A stretch of 32,000 nt of DNA, from positions 2,310,001-2,342,000 of the forward strand of contig NZ_CP007536.1 of NCBI RefSeq assembly GCF_000698785.1, read 5' to 3'. The stretch is from Nitrososphaera viennensis EN76 (GTDB lineage Archaea > Thermoproteota > Nitrososphaeria > Nitrososphaerales > Nitrososphaeraceae). Position numbers and translations under genes: made by a program. Below are positions 7,690-15,143 of the stretch, piece by piece (the stretch's first letter is position 1; every line of letters starts with the position of its first letter). The notes beneath the pieces were generated by a model. It was given only the letters and a program-made list of their open reading frames with translations, was not told the DNA's origin and searched no databases.

Positions 7690-8283
7690 ATGACTGTTAT
7701 AAAGAAGAGCATGGAAATCAACGCTCCAGTCAACGAGGTGTTCACTTATTTTGCGAGGCCGGAGCACATGGCAGACCAGTTCCCCGAGAACATGGGTCTG
7801 AACGTCGTGCCAGTGGAGGTAAAGAACGGCTTTGGCGTAGGGACAATTTTTAGGATCAACGGAGATTTTGACGGCAAGAGGCTCGAATGGGACTGCGAGA
7901 CCATCGAGTACATCCCGCTGAAAAAGATCGTGGCCAAGATGATAGAAGGCCCGTTCAAGAGGTGGCAGATTGCAGTCACGTTTGACGAGCTGGGCGAGCG
8001 CAAGTCCAACGTCACGCTTGAAGTCGACTATGACATGCCGATGGGCCCGCTGGGCGGATTCCTCGACAAGGTCAAGCTGAGCAAGATCGCCGAGCGCGGC
8101 ATGGAAAACGGCCTGCTCCGCGTAAAGGCGCTGCTTGAAGGCACCGGCTCCATTCCAGTCTATATCACCCTTGATGCGTACAGGCACATCATCAAGGAAA
8201 AGATGGAGATGAACTGCTCTGTCTCTGAAGCTATAGTCAAGATCATCAAGGACAGGCAGGAAGCTCTGGCCAAGACGGCCTGA
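7690..8283 (+). CDS. SRPBCC (START/polyketide cyclase-like) ligand-binding domain protein with a C-terminal ribbon-helix-helix-like tail
   Basis: The N-terminal 150 aa match the SRPBCC pattern (SMEINAPVNEVFTYFARPEHMADQFP ... WQIAVTFDELGERKSNVTLEVDYDMP). The last about 45 aa (PVYITLDAYRHIIKEKMEMNCSVSEAIVKIIKDRQEAL) look like a beta-strand plus two helices with the S-x-S-E-x-I signature of CopG/RHH domains. Confidence 0.75.
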   Translation: MTVIKKSMEINAPVNEVFTYFARPEHMADQFPENMGLNVVPVEVKNGFGVGTIFRINGDFDGKRLEWDCETIEYIPLKKIVAKMIEGPFKRWQIAVTFDELGERKSNVTLEVDYDMPMGPLGGFLDKVKLSKIAERGMENGLLRVKALLEGTGSIPVYITLDAYRHIIKEKMEMNCSVSEAIVKIIKDRQEALAKTA

Positions 8284-8320
8284 TCTTTTTTCCTTTTCTT
8301 CTCTTCTCTCTTCTTCTTTT
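8284..8320 (+). terminator. C/T-rich oligo-T tract after the SRPBCC gene
   Basis: tcttttttccttttcttctcttctctcttcttctttt begins immediately after the TGA. Confidence 0.45.
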
Positions 8321-8356
8321 ACGTTTAAATAACGCATTTTACACGATTGATTTCGC

Positions 8357-8452
8357 GGGTTCGTAGCTCAGCCAGGTAGAGCGTTTGGCTCTTAACCAAT
8401 CAGTGTATTTCACTGGGTTAAAATGTCGTGGGTCCGAATCCCACCGAACCCG
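8357..8452 (+). tRNA. tRNA-Lys (anticodon CUU) with a 22-nt intron at a non-canonical position
   Basis: Perfect acceptor stem GGGTTCG/CGAACCC, D stem GCTC/GAGC, T stem GTGGG/CCCAC and anticodon loop CTCTTAA. Removing 8400-8421 yields the anticodon stem TTTGG/CCAAA and a 5-nt variable loop ATGTC (74 nt mature). Oddity: the T-loop reads TCCGAAT, with C where U55 is expected. Confidence 0.78.
8400..8421 (+). other. Predicted tRNA intron flanked by a bulge-helix-bulge motif
   Basis: Central 4-bp helix AACC(8394-8397)/GGTT(8416-8419). 3-nt bulges AAT (8398-8400) and AAA (8420-8422). Inner helix CAGTG(8401-8405)/CACTG(8411-8415). The cut position is ambiguous by 1 nt because of flanking A residues. 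Confidence 0.6.
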
Positions 8453-8621
8453 CTTTATCCTTGGCACCTGTACAGTGTAAACTAGAGTACACAAGTATAT
8501 CTTGCCTCTCTTGGGAGCAATGGACAAAATTGCCATCAGTCTGAATACCAGCAATTGAAATTGCTCTGAAGCCAATACAACAGCCGACCTTCGGCCAAAT
8601 CAGAAACCATTTCCAATTGTA

Positions 8622-9227
8622 TTATCGCTTACTCGCCGCTGCCCCTATTATCGCCCTTATTGTTTCAGTCCATACTCTTTGGCTTTCAGAATTGCTCGTT
8701 TGTAATAGCAACTTGTTTGTCGCCAGGCCATTGTAGAGGGCCATGAGGCCTGCGGCAATAGTATCGACGTCGATATCTTTTCTGAAAAAGCCTCTCTCAA
8801 TCTGGGCCTTTAGAAATTCTTTTACAGCTTGGTATACCTTGTTCTGATATTCAGCCAGTATTTTCCTTAACTTTGGGTTGCGCGTGGACAGTGCAATCAT
8901 TTCAAACCATATCATGTCGCCGCCCAGACTTGCCCTCTGGTATTCATCATAAAACCTCTCGGCATCTGACATAATGTTCTCTTTCTTGTTGAATGATCTG
9001 GATAGCTGATTTCTCAATTGTTCCAGGTTGTATTCACATAATGCAAAAAAGAGGTCTTCCTTGCTCTTGAAATAAAGGTATAGTGTGCCCTTGGCCAACC
9101 CGGACGATGCGGCAATATCTTCCATTCTTGTTTTGTCAAACCCGTTCCTGGCAAAGTTCTCGACTGCTGACTGGATGATCCTTTCCTTGAGCTCTGCCCT
9201 ATACTGCGAAGTAGCTTTTGTTCGCAT
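8622..9227 (-). CDS. TetR/AcrR family transcriptional regulator
   Basis: N-terminal HTH FDKTRMEDIAASSGLAKGTLYLYFKSKEDLF is the TetR signature. 201 aa, all-helical C-terminal ligand domain. Divergent from the membrane gene at 9284. Confidence 0.9.
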   Translation of the reverse strand: MRTKATSQYRAELKERIIQSAVENFARNGFDKTRMEDIAASSGLAKGTLYLYFKSKEDLFFALCEYNLEQLRNQLSRSFNKKENIMSDAERFYDEYQRASLGGDMIWFEMIALSTRNPKLRKILAEYQNKVYQAVKEFLKAQIERGFFRKDIDVDTIAAGLMALYNGLATNKLLLQTSNSESQRVWTETIRAIIGAAASKR

Positions 9228-9274
9228 CGTACTTGTTATTTCTCATTGGGTATTTGTAATGTAAAACCCTTTAC

Positions 9275-9312
9275 TTAATAAATATGACTGACCAGTCAGT
9301 CATATTTATTAA
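9275..9312. promoter_or_regulatory. Perfect 18-bp inverted repeat (2-nt spacer), candidate TetR operator overlapping the promoter and start of the divergent membrane gene
   Basis: ttaataaatatgactgac ca gtcagtcatatttattaa. The arms are exact reverse complements. The left arm contains a TATA-like ttaataaata and ATG 9284. Confidence 0.6.
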
Positions 9313-10422
9313 TGGCAGCATCGCATTAACTGCCATGTCGTTGAAGTTGTCCACTTCTCGCATGAACGTCCTACTGACGGCATTACTCGTGGCTACCACT
9401 GGCGGAATCCTGCAGATAGGCGGTGCCAGCTGGGACATCACATCTCATATCCTGAGGCAGCCAGAAACGTTTTTCACTCCGTCTCATGCGATGCTTTATA
9501 CAGGCACAGGCCTGACCGCAATTGCAGCAGCCATCGGCTTGGTAGTTTTTCTAAAAAATAAGCAAGAAATCCGCAGCAGGTCATTTTACACTGCCTTTAA
9601 ATTATTGATAATAGGAGCAGCCATCCAACTCGTCTCTGGGCCCGGCGACTTTATGTGGCATTCAGTCTTTGGTGTCGACGGTCTTATGAGCCCGCCTCAC
9701 TTGTCGCTTGCAACGGGCATCTTGATTGGTACTATTGCAGCCGTGGTCGGCCTTGCAAGGATTCTGCCGCACATAGAATCAAAGAGGAATCAAAGGTTGG
9801 CCAAAACCGCGCTGGTCCCGGCGTTTGCAGCCCTCTGGTTTTCATCCATCTGGTACATCTTTTTCTTTGTGCTGCCTCTTTCAAACGGCCAGAACTTTAC
9901 GTTCAACCCTGACCCGGCGGCCGCCATAGTGATTGCAACTACCGTCCTTCCATTTATGAGCGCAATGATATTTCTGGTTTCAGCCCGGACCATAGGCAAG
10001 CTGGGCGCAGCGACTGCGGTTGCAGGCGTTGTAATCAGCATGAACGTGCTTGCAAACATTGTTCCGGCATCCAATTCTTGGGGTCATTCCTTCCCTGGCA
10101 ATTGCTCGCCATCATTCCAGCCATTGTTGGAGCAGACGTTGCGATCCATAAAGTAGTGCGCCCCCGGACTGGGATGATGATTGCAGGAGCCCTGATTGGC
10201 ATTACATTCTATGTCTTTAACTATCCCATGCTTCCAATGGCGTTTGCAGAAATCTTACATCAGCCTAATGCATCCATCGCTGACATCCTGCCAAGCATGT
10301 CTGCCACGCTTTGGCAGGTCATCGGTATGACGGCTGTACCAAGCGCGCTTGCAGGCGTCGTTGGCGCAATAATGGGAGCAAAGATGATAGAAAAGCCGCA
10401 GGCTCGAGTGATAATATCGTGA
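9284..10422 (+). pseudogene. Polytopic membrane protein, apparently interrupted by a 1-nt frameshift near 10075-10085 (or two overlapping genes)
   Basis: ORF 9284..10156 is hydrophobic up to ..NIVPASNSW, then turns into a non-membrane tail (GHSFPGNCSPSFQPLLEQTLRSIK). The overlapping frame (10078..10422) continues as TM helices (GSFLPWQLLAIIPAIVGADVAI...). The switch point sits at a tcttgggg run. The true start may be ATG 9335. Confidence 0.5.
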
Positions 10423-10581
10423 CAGGCGCTGCTATATCAAGACATGATAAAGTTTAGGGCTTTGGCAGCCGAACCCTTCTATATGCAGTATGTTCGAATC
10501 CCGCTGCATAATCCATTCTGACGATCTATCTTCAGAATTTGACGGGCATTTTTTTATACGATTGCGCCGTTCCTACACTTT

Positions 10582-11445
10582 ATGAGTGGTGCGTTTGACC
10601 CGCAAAAGTTCAAGTCAGCACAACGCCAGGGGTGGGATAGCGTTGCAGAAGGGTGGAAAAAGTGGTGGAAGATTATTGAAGAGAGTGGACAGGTAGTATC
10701 TGACAGACTGATCGAACTTGCAAGAATCCAGCAAGGCAATCATGTACTGGATGTTGCAACAGGAACAGGAGAGCCTGCTGTCACTGCGGCAAGAAAGGTC
10801 GGCTCTGGCGGGAAGGTGACTGCAATCGATCTTTCCCCGGGGATGCTTGCCATCGCAAGAGAGAGGGCAAAGGAAATCGGGCTGGCAAACATCATAGAAT
10901 TTGAAGAGGGCGACGCAGAATCCTTCCACCTCCCTTCCCAGAGGTTCAACGCCATTGTTTCCAGATTTGGACTGATGTTTATGCCTGACCTTCCAAATGC
11001 GTTGAAAACTATGAGGGAAGCACTTGTCCCGGATGGGCGAATAGCCGCAGCAGTCTGGTCGAGCCCCCAGAAAGTCCCTTCATTCCTCCTGCCCCTTGAA
11101 ATCGTGATGAAGGAGACTGGCACTCCTCCTCCGCCACCGGGCACACCCGGGCCTTTCAACCTGGCAGATACGAACCTTCTGCGCGAAAGATTCGAGCAGG
11201 CCGGATTTCAGGACATCCGCATAGAGAGCAATACGATGAATTTCAGACTGCCCTCTGCCGAGGAATACGTGGATTTCGTCCGAAGTACGGCCGCTCCGCT
11301 TACGGCCATGATGGCAGGATTGCCGCCTGCAAGGCAGGAGGAAATCTGGAATAAAGTAGTAGGCGCTTCAAGGAAATACTCTGACCCTGCCACTGGAAGC
11401 GTCAATTTCACGAATGAAGTGATATACGTATCGGCAAAGCGATAG
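10582..11445 (+). CDS. Class I SAM-dependent methyltransferase
   Basis: Motif I VLDVATGTGEPA, followed by the acidic loop AIDLSPGML and the post-I/II pattern FEEGDAE..FNAIVSRFGLMF. 287 aa. Confidence 0.85.
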   Translation: MSGAFDPQKFKSAQRQGWDSVAEGWKKWWKIIEESGQVVSDRLIELARIQQGNHVLDVATGTGEPAVTAARKVGSGGKVTAIDLSPGMLAIARERAKEIGLANIIEFEEGDAESFHLPSQRFNAIVSRFGLMFMPDLPNALKTMREALVPDGRIAAAVWSSPQKVPSFLLPLEIVMKETGTPPPPPGTPGPFNLADTNLLRERFEQAGFQDIRIESNTMNFRLPSAEEYVDFVRSTAAPLTAMMAGLPPARQEEIWNKVVGASRKYSDPATGSVNFTNEVIYVSAKR

Positions 11446-11676
11446 GCTGGTGCTCTAGAGAGGGATAATCTGCCTGGTTCTGTTGCATCGTAGTCGCCGG
11501 ATGTAAAATTTCATCCGTGATCAACTAACCGAGACGCAAGCGCTACAGTACATTGAGTCCTTTCTTCATTCCGGAAGAAAAAACTGTAAAGAAAGGTGAT
11601 TCGGAGAAAACCAACTGGGAATGAAAAAAAGATTGAGCACGCGATTTATTTCGTCAAATCGACTTTTGTAGAGCAT

Positions 11677-11883
11677 ATGGCACTGCAGAGAAAGGTGCGT
11701 GGAGGAGAGGGGCGCGGAAAACTTGACAAAAGGATAACAACAACAGATTGCGAGCTTATCGAAAGAGACCCATTTACGGGTCAGGTAATAAGATCAGAAA
11801 GGCACGAGATCCTGCTAAAAGAAAATAGATGTAGCATCAGTAGATCTCACATCTGCGGCAGCGAACCAACGAATTTCAAGTGA
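11677..11883 (+). CDS. Hypothetical small protein (68 aa)
   Basis: Part of track ORF 11596..11883. ATG 11677 lies about 29 nt downstream of an AT-rich box (gatttatttcg, 11643-11653). No recognisable motif. Confidence 0.3.
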   Translation: MALQRKVRGGEGRGKLDKRITTTDCELIERDPFTGQVIRSERHEILLKENRCSISRSHICGSEPTNFK

Positions 11884-11908
11884 CAAAAAAATAGGGGGGT
11901 CTACGGAA

Positions 11909-12115
11909 TCAACCTCCGTCATCCTTGACAAGACCAGCCGCTTTGAAAAAGCTCGTCAAGGCGTGCACGTCGTTTATTCCGTAATAGTTTTGCATTGCAC
12001 TAATCAATGCGCGGTCGTAGGATAGGTGCGACATTTGCAGCAGTATTTGCACATTCATCACTGTTAAGTATTCTTGCAAAAAAGGCGGCGTTTCTCGACA
12101 ATCTTGCACATACAC
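11909..12115 (-). CDS. Hypothetical small protein
   Basis: Only an ORF in an otherwise empty interval. No motif and no convincing promoter box. Start uncertain (12115 or 12058). Confidence 0.25.
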   Translation of the reverse strand: MYVQDCRETPPFLQEYLTVMNVQILLQMSHLSYDRALISAMQNYYGINDVHALTSFFKAAGLVKDDGG

Positions 12116-12177
12116 ATGCTGATGCGCATCACAGAGAGTTGACAGTCAAACCGTCGTGGACATCGAGCGCGCGGAGA

Positions 12178-12549
12178 TTATCGATTCTTGTTGTTTACAG
12201 AGGAATAGCAAAGGTATCCGCCTATTGCGACAAGCGCTCCTGCAATGTTGGAACCCGGGAAAAACATGACCGCGCCGAGGATGATCGTATGGACTGTCCG
12301 CTCGCCCTTGCCGGCAATTATGTCGCTTCTGAACTTGAATGCCAGTATTCCCATGGCCGCGCCGACAACCACTATTCCAAAGAATATAGCCAGAAATCCG
12401 GCAGGCACAAACCCTGCGGGGAATATGCCTCCTGGCCCCAGGCTGCCCATTAAAACCAGCATTATTGCTGGAAAGACAAGGGCAAGGATTCCTCCAATCC
12501 TGACAAGCGTCAATCCAAGCAAGCCTGAAGTTGCTGCTGCTATTATCAT
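12178..12549 (-). CDS. Small integral membrane protein (about 4 TM helices, Gly-rich)
   Basis: 123 aa, almost entirely hydrophobic helices (GLLGLTLVRIGGILALVFPAIMLVLM, FLAIFFGIVVVGAAMGILAF, IILGAVMFFPGSNIAGALVAIGGYL). Confidence 0.6.
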   Translation of the reverse strand: MIIAAATSGLLGLTLVRIGGILALVFPAIMLVLMGSLGPGGIFPAGFVPAGFLAIFFGIVVVGAAMGILAFKFRSDIIAGKGERTVHTIILGAVMFFPGSNIAGALVAIGGYLCYSSVNNKNR

Positions 12550-12752
12550 GGATTGCAGACATTTCGTTGTCCCTCAAAAGCACTCATGCCGTTTAGTCTT
12601 TACTGAAAATCTTTCTATACTAATAATATCGGCAGCCTGCTTGTCTGTCTCTGGACACGGATGATGCCACTGCCGCTGGATGAACTGACACATTGTAACT
12701 CCTTAAAGTGATAACTTGCTCTAATAATGCAAGAGGGTGTATGTGAGAGAAG

Positions 12753-12920
12753 ATGCCCATTACCGACCCCTTCAAAAAACAGATCGCCCAGCATCGCAGG
12801 CTGTATTTCAAGATATGCTTCAGGTGTAGTGCCAAGAACGATATCAGTGCAAAAAGATGCAGGAAATGCCATAGCCACCAGATGAGGCTCAAAAACAGGA
12901 CGCTAGGCGCAAAGAAGTAG
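12753..12920 (+). CDS. rpl40e: 50S ribosomal protein L40e
   Basis: Manual translation: MPITDPFKKQIAQHRRLYFKICFRCSAKNDISAKRCRKCHSHQMRLKNRTLGAKK (55 aa, below the 60-aa track cutoff). MP(I/L)TDP start and a C-x2-C...C-x2-C zinc ribbon typical of archaeal L40e. AT-rich box taataat (12722-12728) lies 28 nt upstream. Confidence 0.85.
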   Translation: MPITDPFKKQIAQHRRLYFKICFRCSAKNDISAKRCRKCHSHQMRLKNRTLGAKK

Positions 12921-12980
12921 TATGAGATGATGGAACTGTCGCAATCATTGAAATCTTTCTTGGATATTGCCGCACCTATA

Positions 12981-14483
12981 CTACCACTTGTTCCTGTTCA
13001 TCGTCGATGATGACTGGACAAAGCTTCTCATCAATGCGATTACTCCTGCTATTGACGCTGCTGCCAGGATCATGGCCAGCGAGGTGCCAAGCTCCGGAAC
13101 CACGACGACTCCGATCGCTCTTCCGGCCCGGCTCGAGTCGGGAGCGCCAGAGCCTGCTGCCGGATCTTGAATCTCTTTAACGTATATTTCCAGGTGGTAT
13201 TCCGCGTTTTCCGGGAACACGAGCGTTTCGGTATCGTTTCCGCCCTTTGCGATAATGTTCTCCCTCATTGTAACCTGGCTTCCGTTCTGATCCAGGATCA
13301 TGAGGTCGTATTTTACGTCGTCGGCCACTGGATTGCCTGTGAACTGATCATAGAATTTCAGTCCCAGTTCGATATCTTTGCCTGCAGCCAGCTGGTCAGG
13401 ATTCCAGTCGAGCGACACGATCACACTGCCCGTGTCGGTGAACAGCCTGGTCGATGTCTCCACAATATCTGCATCGGGCGACAAGCTGAACTTCATTGTG
13501 CCCTGCTTGTTGTTTATCTGCGGGCTTTGCTCAACGAGCTGTATGATCTGAGCCTTGTTTATCAAAAAGTGTACTATGAGTTCCGAACCGGATGAATAAG
13601 GGTCGACTGCTAACGAGGATGCTCCAAGCTCCATTCCATCGACAGAACCGGCAAAGCGCATTCCATCTGCCAGCTCTGTAAAATTACGGGGGATCCTGAC
13701 TTCCTCGTGTATGAAAATGTCTGGCTCGTTCTTTATCCTCGTGATGTTGTAGTTGAAAGGCATGCGCCAGGCCAGTTCCTTCTTGCCTTGGTCGAGTGAA
13801 AGGTCTGTCACCTCGTCATAGTACGAGATTACGGTCATGTTGTAGTCCTTGTGATTGTACTGCACGGCCTGGCTGTGGATGTCCCCGACGCTGAGGTAGA
13901 CGTCAAATTTCGGGATGCTGTCCTGCTCAAATATGTTCAGCGGCGAATCTATCCCGAATACTTCCACATGGATTTGATAAAGCCCTCCTTCAAGCAGGAT
14001 CGGCGCCCTGAGGTTGATCACTCCAGCCTGGTCGGCTTCCCACGCATCCAGGTGGGGTTCCTTGTTTGCATAGATGACAGGCTCGCCGGGGGACGGCTGT
14101 ATCTTGAGCCTGAGGATGCCTTCCCGAGAATGAAACAAGTCTGGGGCAAGCAACTGCTTGCCGTCTTTTAGGACCGACAAGAACAAGGATGTGAACTTGA
14201 TGGTTTCATTCGTGTTTGCATCGTACAGTCTGAACATAATTGAGGCATCCTGGATGTTTTCGCTTGTCAAGACGGGCGGGCTTATCCTGACCAGCAGTTT
14301 TCCGTCCCTTCCTTTCAGGGACGCATTAATCTCCTTCCGATCTCCGCCGTCGGCAAAGGCCTTGCCAAAGTTAGCAGCACCAACAAACTGTGACGACAGC
14401 AGAAAGAAGAAAAAAATGAGTAGGACAAAGAGCCTGCCAAACCCGCGGCTATGAAGAACTATACGCAGCAGATGCCCGAGCAA
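12981..14483 (-). CDS. Large secreted/surface protein with a PEFG-CTERM-like C-terminal sorting signal
   Basis: TTG start. N-terminal signal (RGFGRLFVLLIFFFFLLSSQFVGAA) and beta-rich repeats. The C-terminus is VVVPELGTSLAMILAAASIAGVIALMRS: a PE(L/F)G motif, a TM helix and a basic residue, as in the thaumarchaeal archaeosortase-type sorting signal. Confidence 0.8.
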   Translation of the reverse strand: MLGHLLRIVLHSRGFGRLFVLLIFFFFLLSSQFVGAANFGKAFADGGDRKEINASLKGRDGKLLVRISPPVLTSENIQDASIMFRLYDANTNETIKFTSLFLSVLKDGKQLLAPDLFHSREGILRLKIQPSPGEPVIYANKEPHLDAWEADQAGVINLRAPILLEGGLYQIHVEVFGIDSPLNIFEQDSIPKFDVYLSVGDIHSQAVQYNHKDYNMTVISYYDEVTDLSLDQGKKELAWRMPFNYNITRIKNEPDIFIHEEVRIPRNFTELADGMRFAGSVDGMELGASSLAVDPYSSGSELIVHFLINKAQIIQLVEQSPQINNKQGTMKFSLSPDADIVETSTRLFTDTGSVIVSLDWNPDQLAAGKDIELGLKFYDQFTGNPVADDVKYDLMILDQNGSQVTMRENIIAKGGNDTETLVFPENAEYHLEIYVKEIQDPAAGSGAPDSSRAGRAIGVVVVPELGTSLAMILAAASIAGVIALMRSFVQSSSTMNRNKW

Positions 14484-14760
14484 TAACTGATCTATCTCTC
14501 AATGGAATCCCTGAACTCGGATATCAGTCTATCTTCCAGTATAGTATCATTGGACTGGTGATTTCTGTCGCCTGGTTTTGAATCATTTTATACTGTGGCT
14601 GATTATGGCTTTTGCAGGTTCGGCAGAATTGCGAAAATGATGTACAACACTATGGCAAAAACACTGTCATGGCAAGGCCAAAGACGAGAATCCCTTTCGC
14701 GTTTCCTCTTATGAACGGGTCTATCGACACGCGAACATACACTTGAGACCGCGATAGTTA

Positions 14761-14790
14761 AGGTTAAGAAAAAAAGAAAGAGGGGAGAAC
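14761..14790 (-). terminator. C/T-rich tract (on the minus strand) downstream of the GGN-repeat gene
   Basis: The minus strand reads gttctcccctctttctttttttcttaacct, 18 nt after the TAA at 14808-14810. Confidence 0.4.
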
Positions 14791-14807
14791 GTCACTCTCT
14801 TTCTTTA

Positions 14808-15143
14808 TTATGCTGTAGGGTCCCAGCAGCCGCATTCATCGTCGTATACGTAGTCGTCGTACTTCCAGTTCTCCTCTTCCTCTTCTTCTTCGTCGCTGCT
14901 GCCTCCGTCGCCTCCGTTGCCGCCATTACCACCGTTTCCTCCATTTCCTTCATCGCCAGCATTGCCGGAACCGTGACTATCGCCACCGTCCCCTCCATTT
15001 CCGCCATTACCACCGTTCCCACCGTCGCCGGCGGCAAACGCATTGGCAGGCATGACAAAGGCAAATGATGCCAGTGCGGCACTTGCTATCAGCATTGATA
15101 GCAATGCCGCTTTGTTTTTGATGATGTTGTTGTTATTCGACAT
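14808..15143 (-). CDS. Small secreted acidic protein with two (Gly-Gly-Asn)n blocks, a poly-Glu run and a C-terminal CGCW motif
   Basis: Signal peptide MSNNNNIIKNKAALLSMLIASAALASFAFVMPANAFA. Then GDGGNGGNGGNGGDGGD ... GNGGNGGNGGNGGDGG, then SSDEEEEEEENWKYDDYVYDDECGCWDPTA. TATA-like ctttaaaa (15167-15174, minus strand) lies 27 nt upstream of the ATG. Confidence 0.7.
   Translation of the reverse strand: MSNNNNIIKNKAALLSMLIASAALASFAFVMPANAFAAGDGGNGGNGGNGGDGGDSHGSGNAGDEGNGGNGGNGGNGGDGGSSDEEEEEEENWKYDDYVYDDECGCWDPTA

Noticed and set aside
7687-8337. 216-aa minus-strand ORF
   Set aside because: It is a mirror of the SRPBCC gene, with no motifs. The plus frame has the recognisable domain and a promoter box.
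8339-8575. 78-aa minus-strand ORF
   Set aside because: It overlaps the tRNA-Lys gene on the opposite strand. The tRNA has four perfect stems.
8453-8621. Short palindromes in the spacer after the tRNA (agcaattgaaattgct, gccgaccttcggc)
   Set aside because: Stems of 5-7 bp in AT-rich spacer are expected by chance, and no coherent larger structure or repeat partner was found.
10492-10504. tRNA-like T-arm fragment gttcgaatcccgc in the spacer before the methyltransferase gene
   Set aside because: The 5' side (gtatg) does not pair with cccgc, and no acceptor, D or anticodon arms can be built on either strand. At most it is a decayed tRNA or att remnant. It does not match the tRNA-Lys 3' end.
12615-12892. 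Two overlapping minus-strand ORFs (87 and 90 aa)
   Set aside because: They are antisense to the L40e gene, which has a diagnostic sequence. The ORFs themselves are featureless.
14792-15082. 96-aa alternate-frame ORF in the GGN-repeat region
   Set aside because: It is a repeat-driven frame artefact (Met/Glu/Thr/Ala runs). It lacks a signal peptide or promoter, unlike the 14808..15143 frame.
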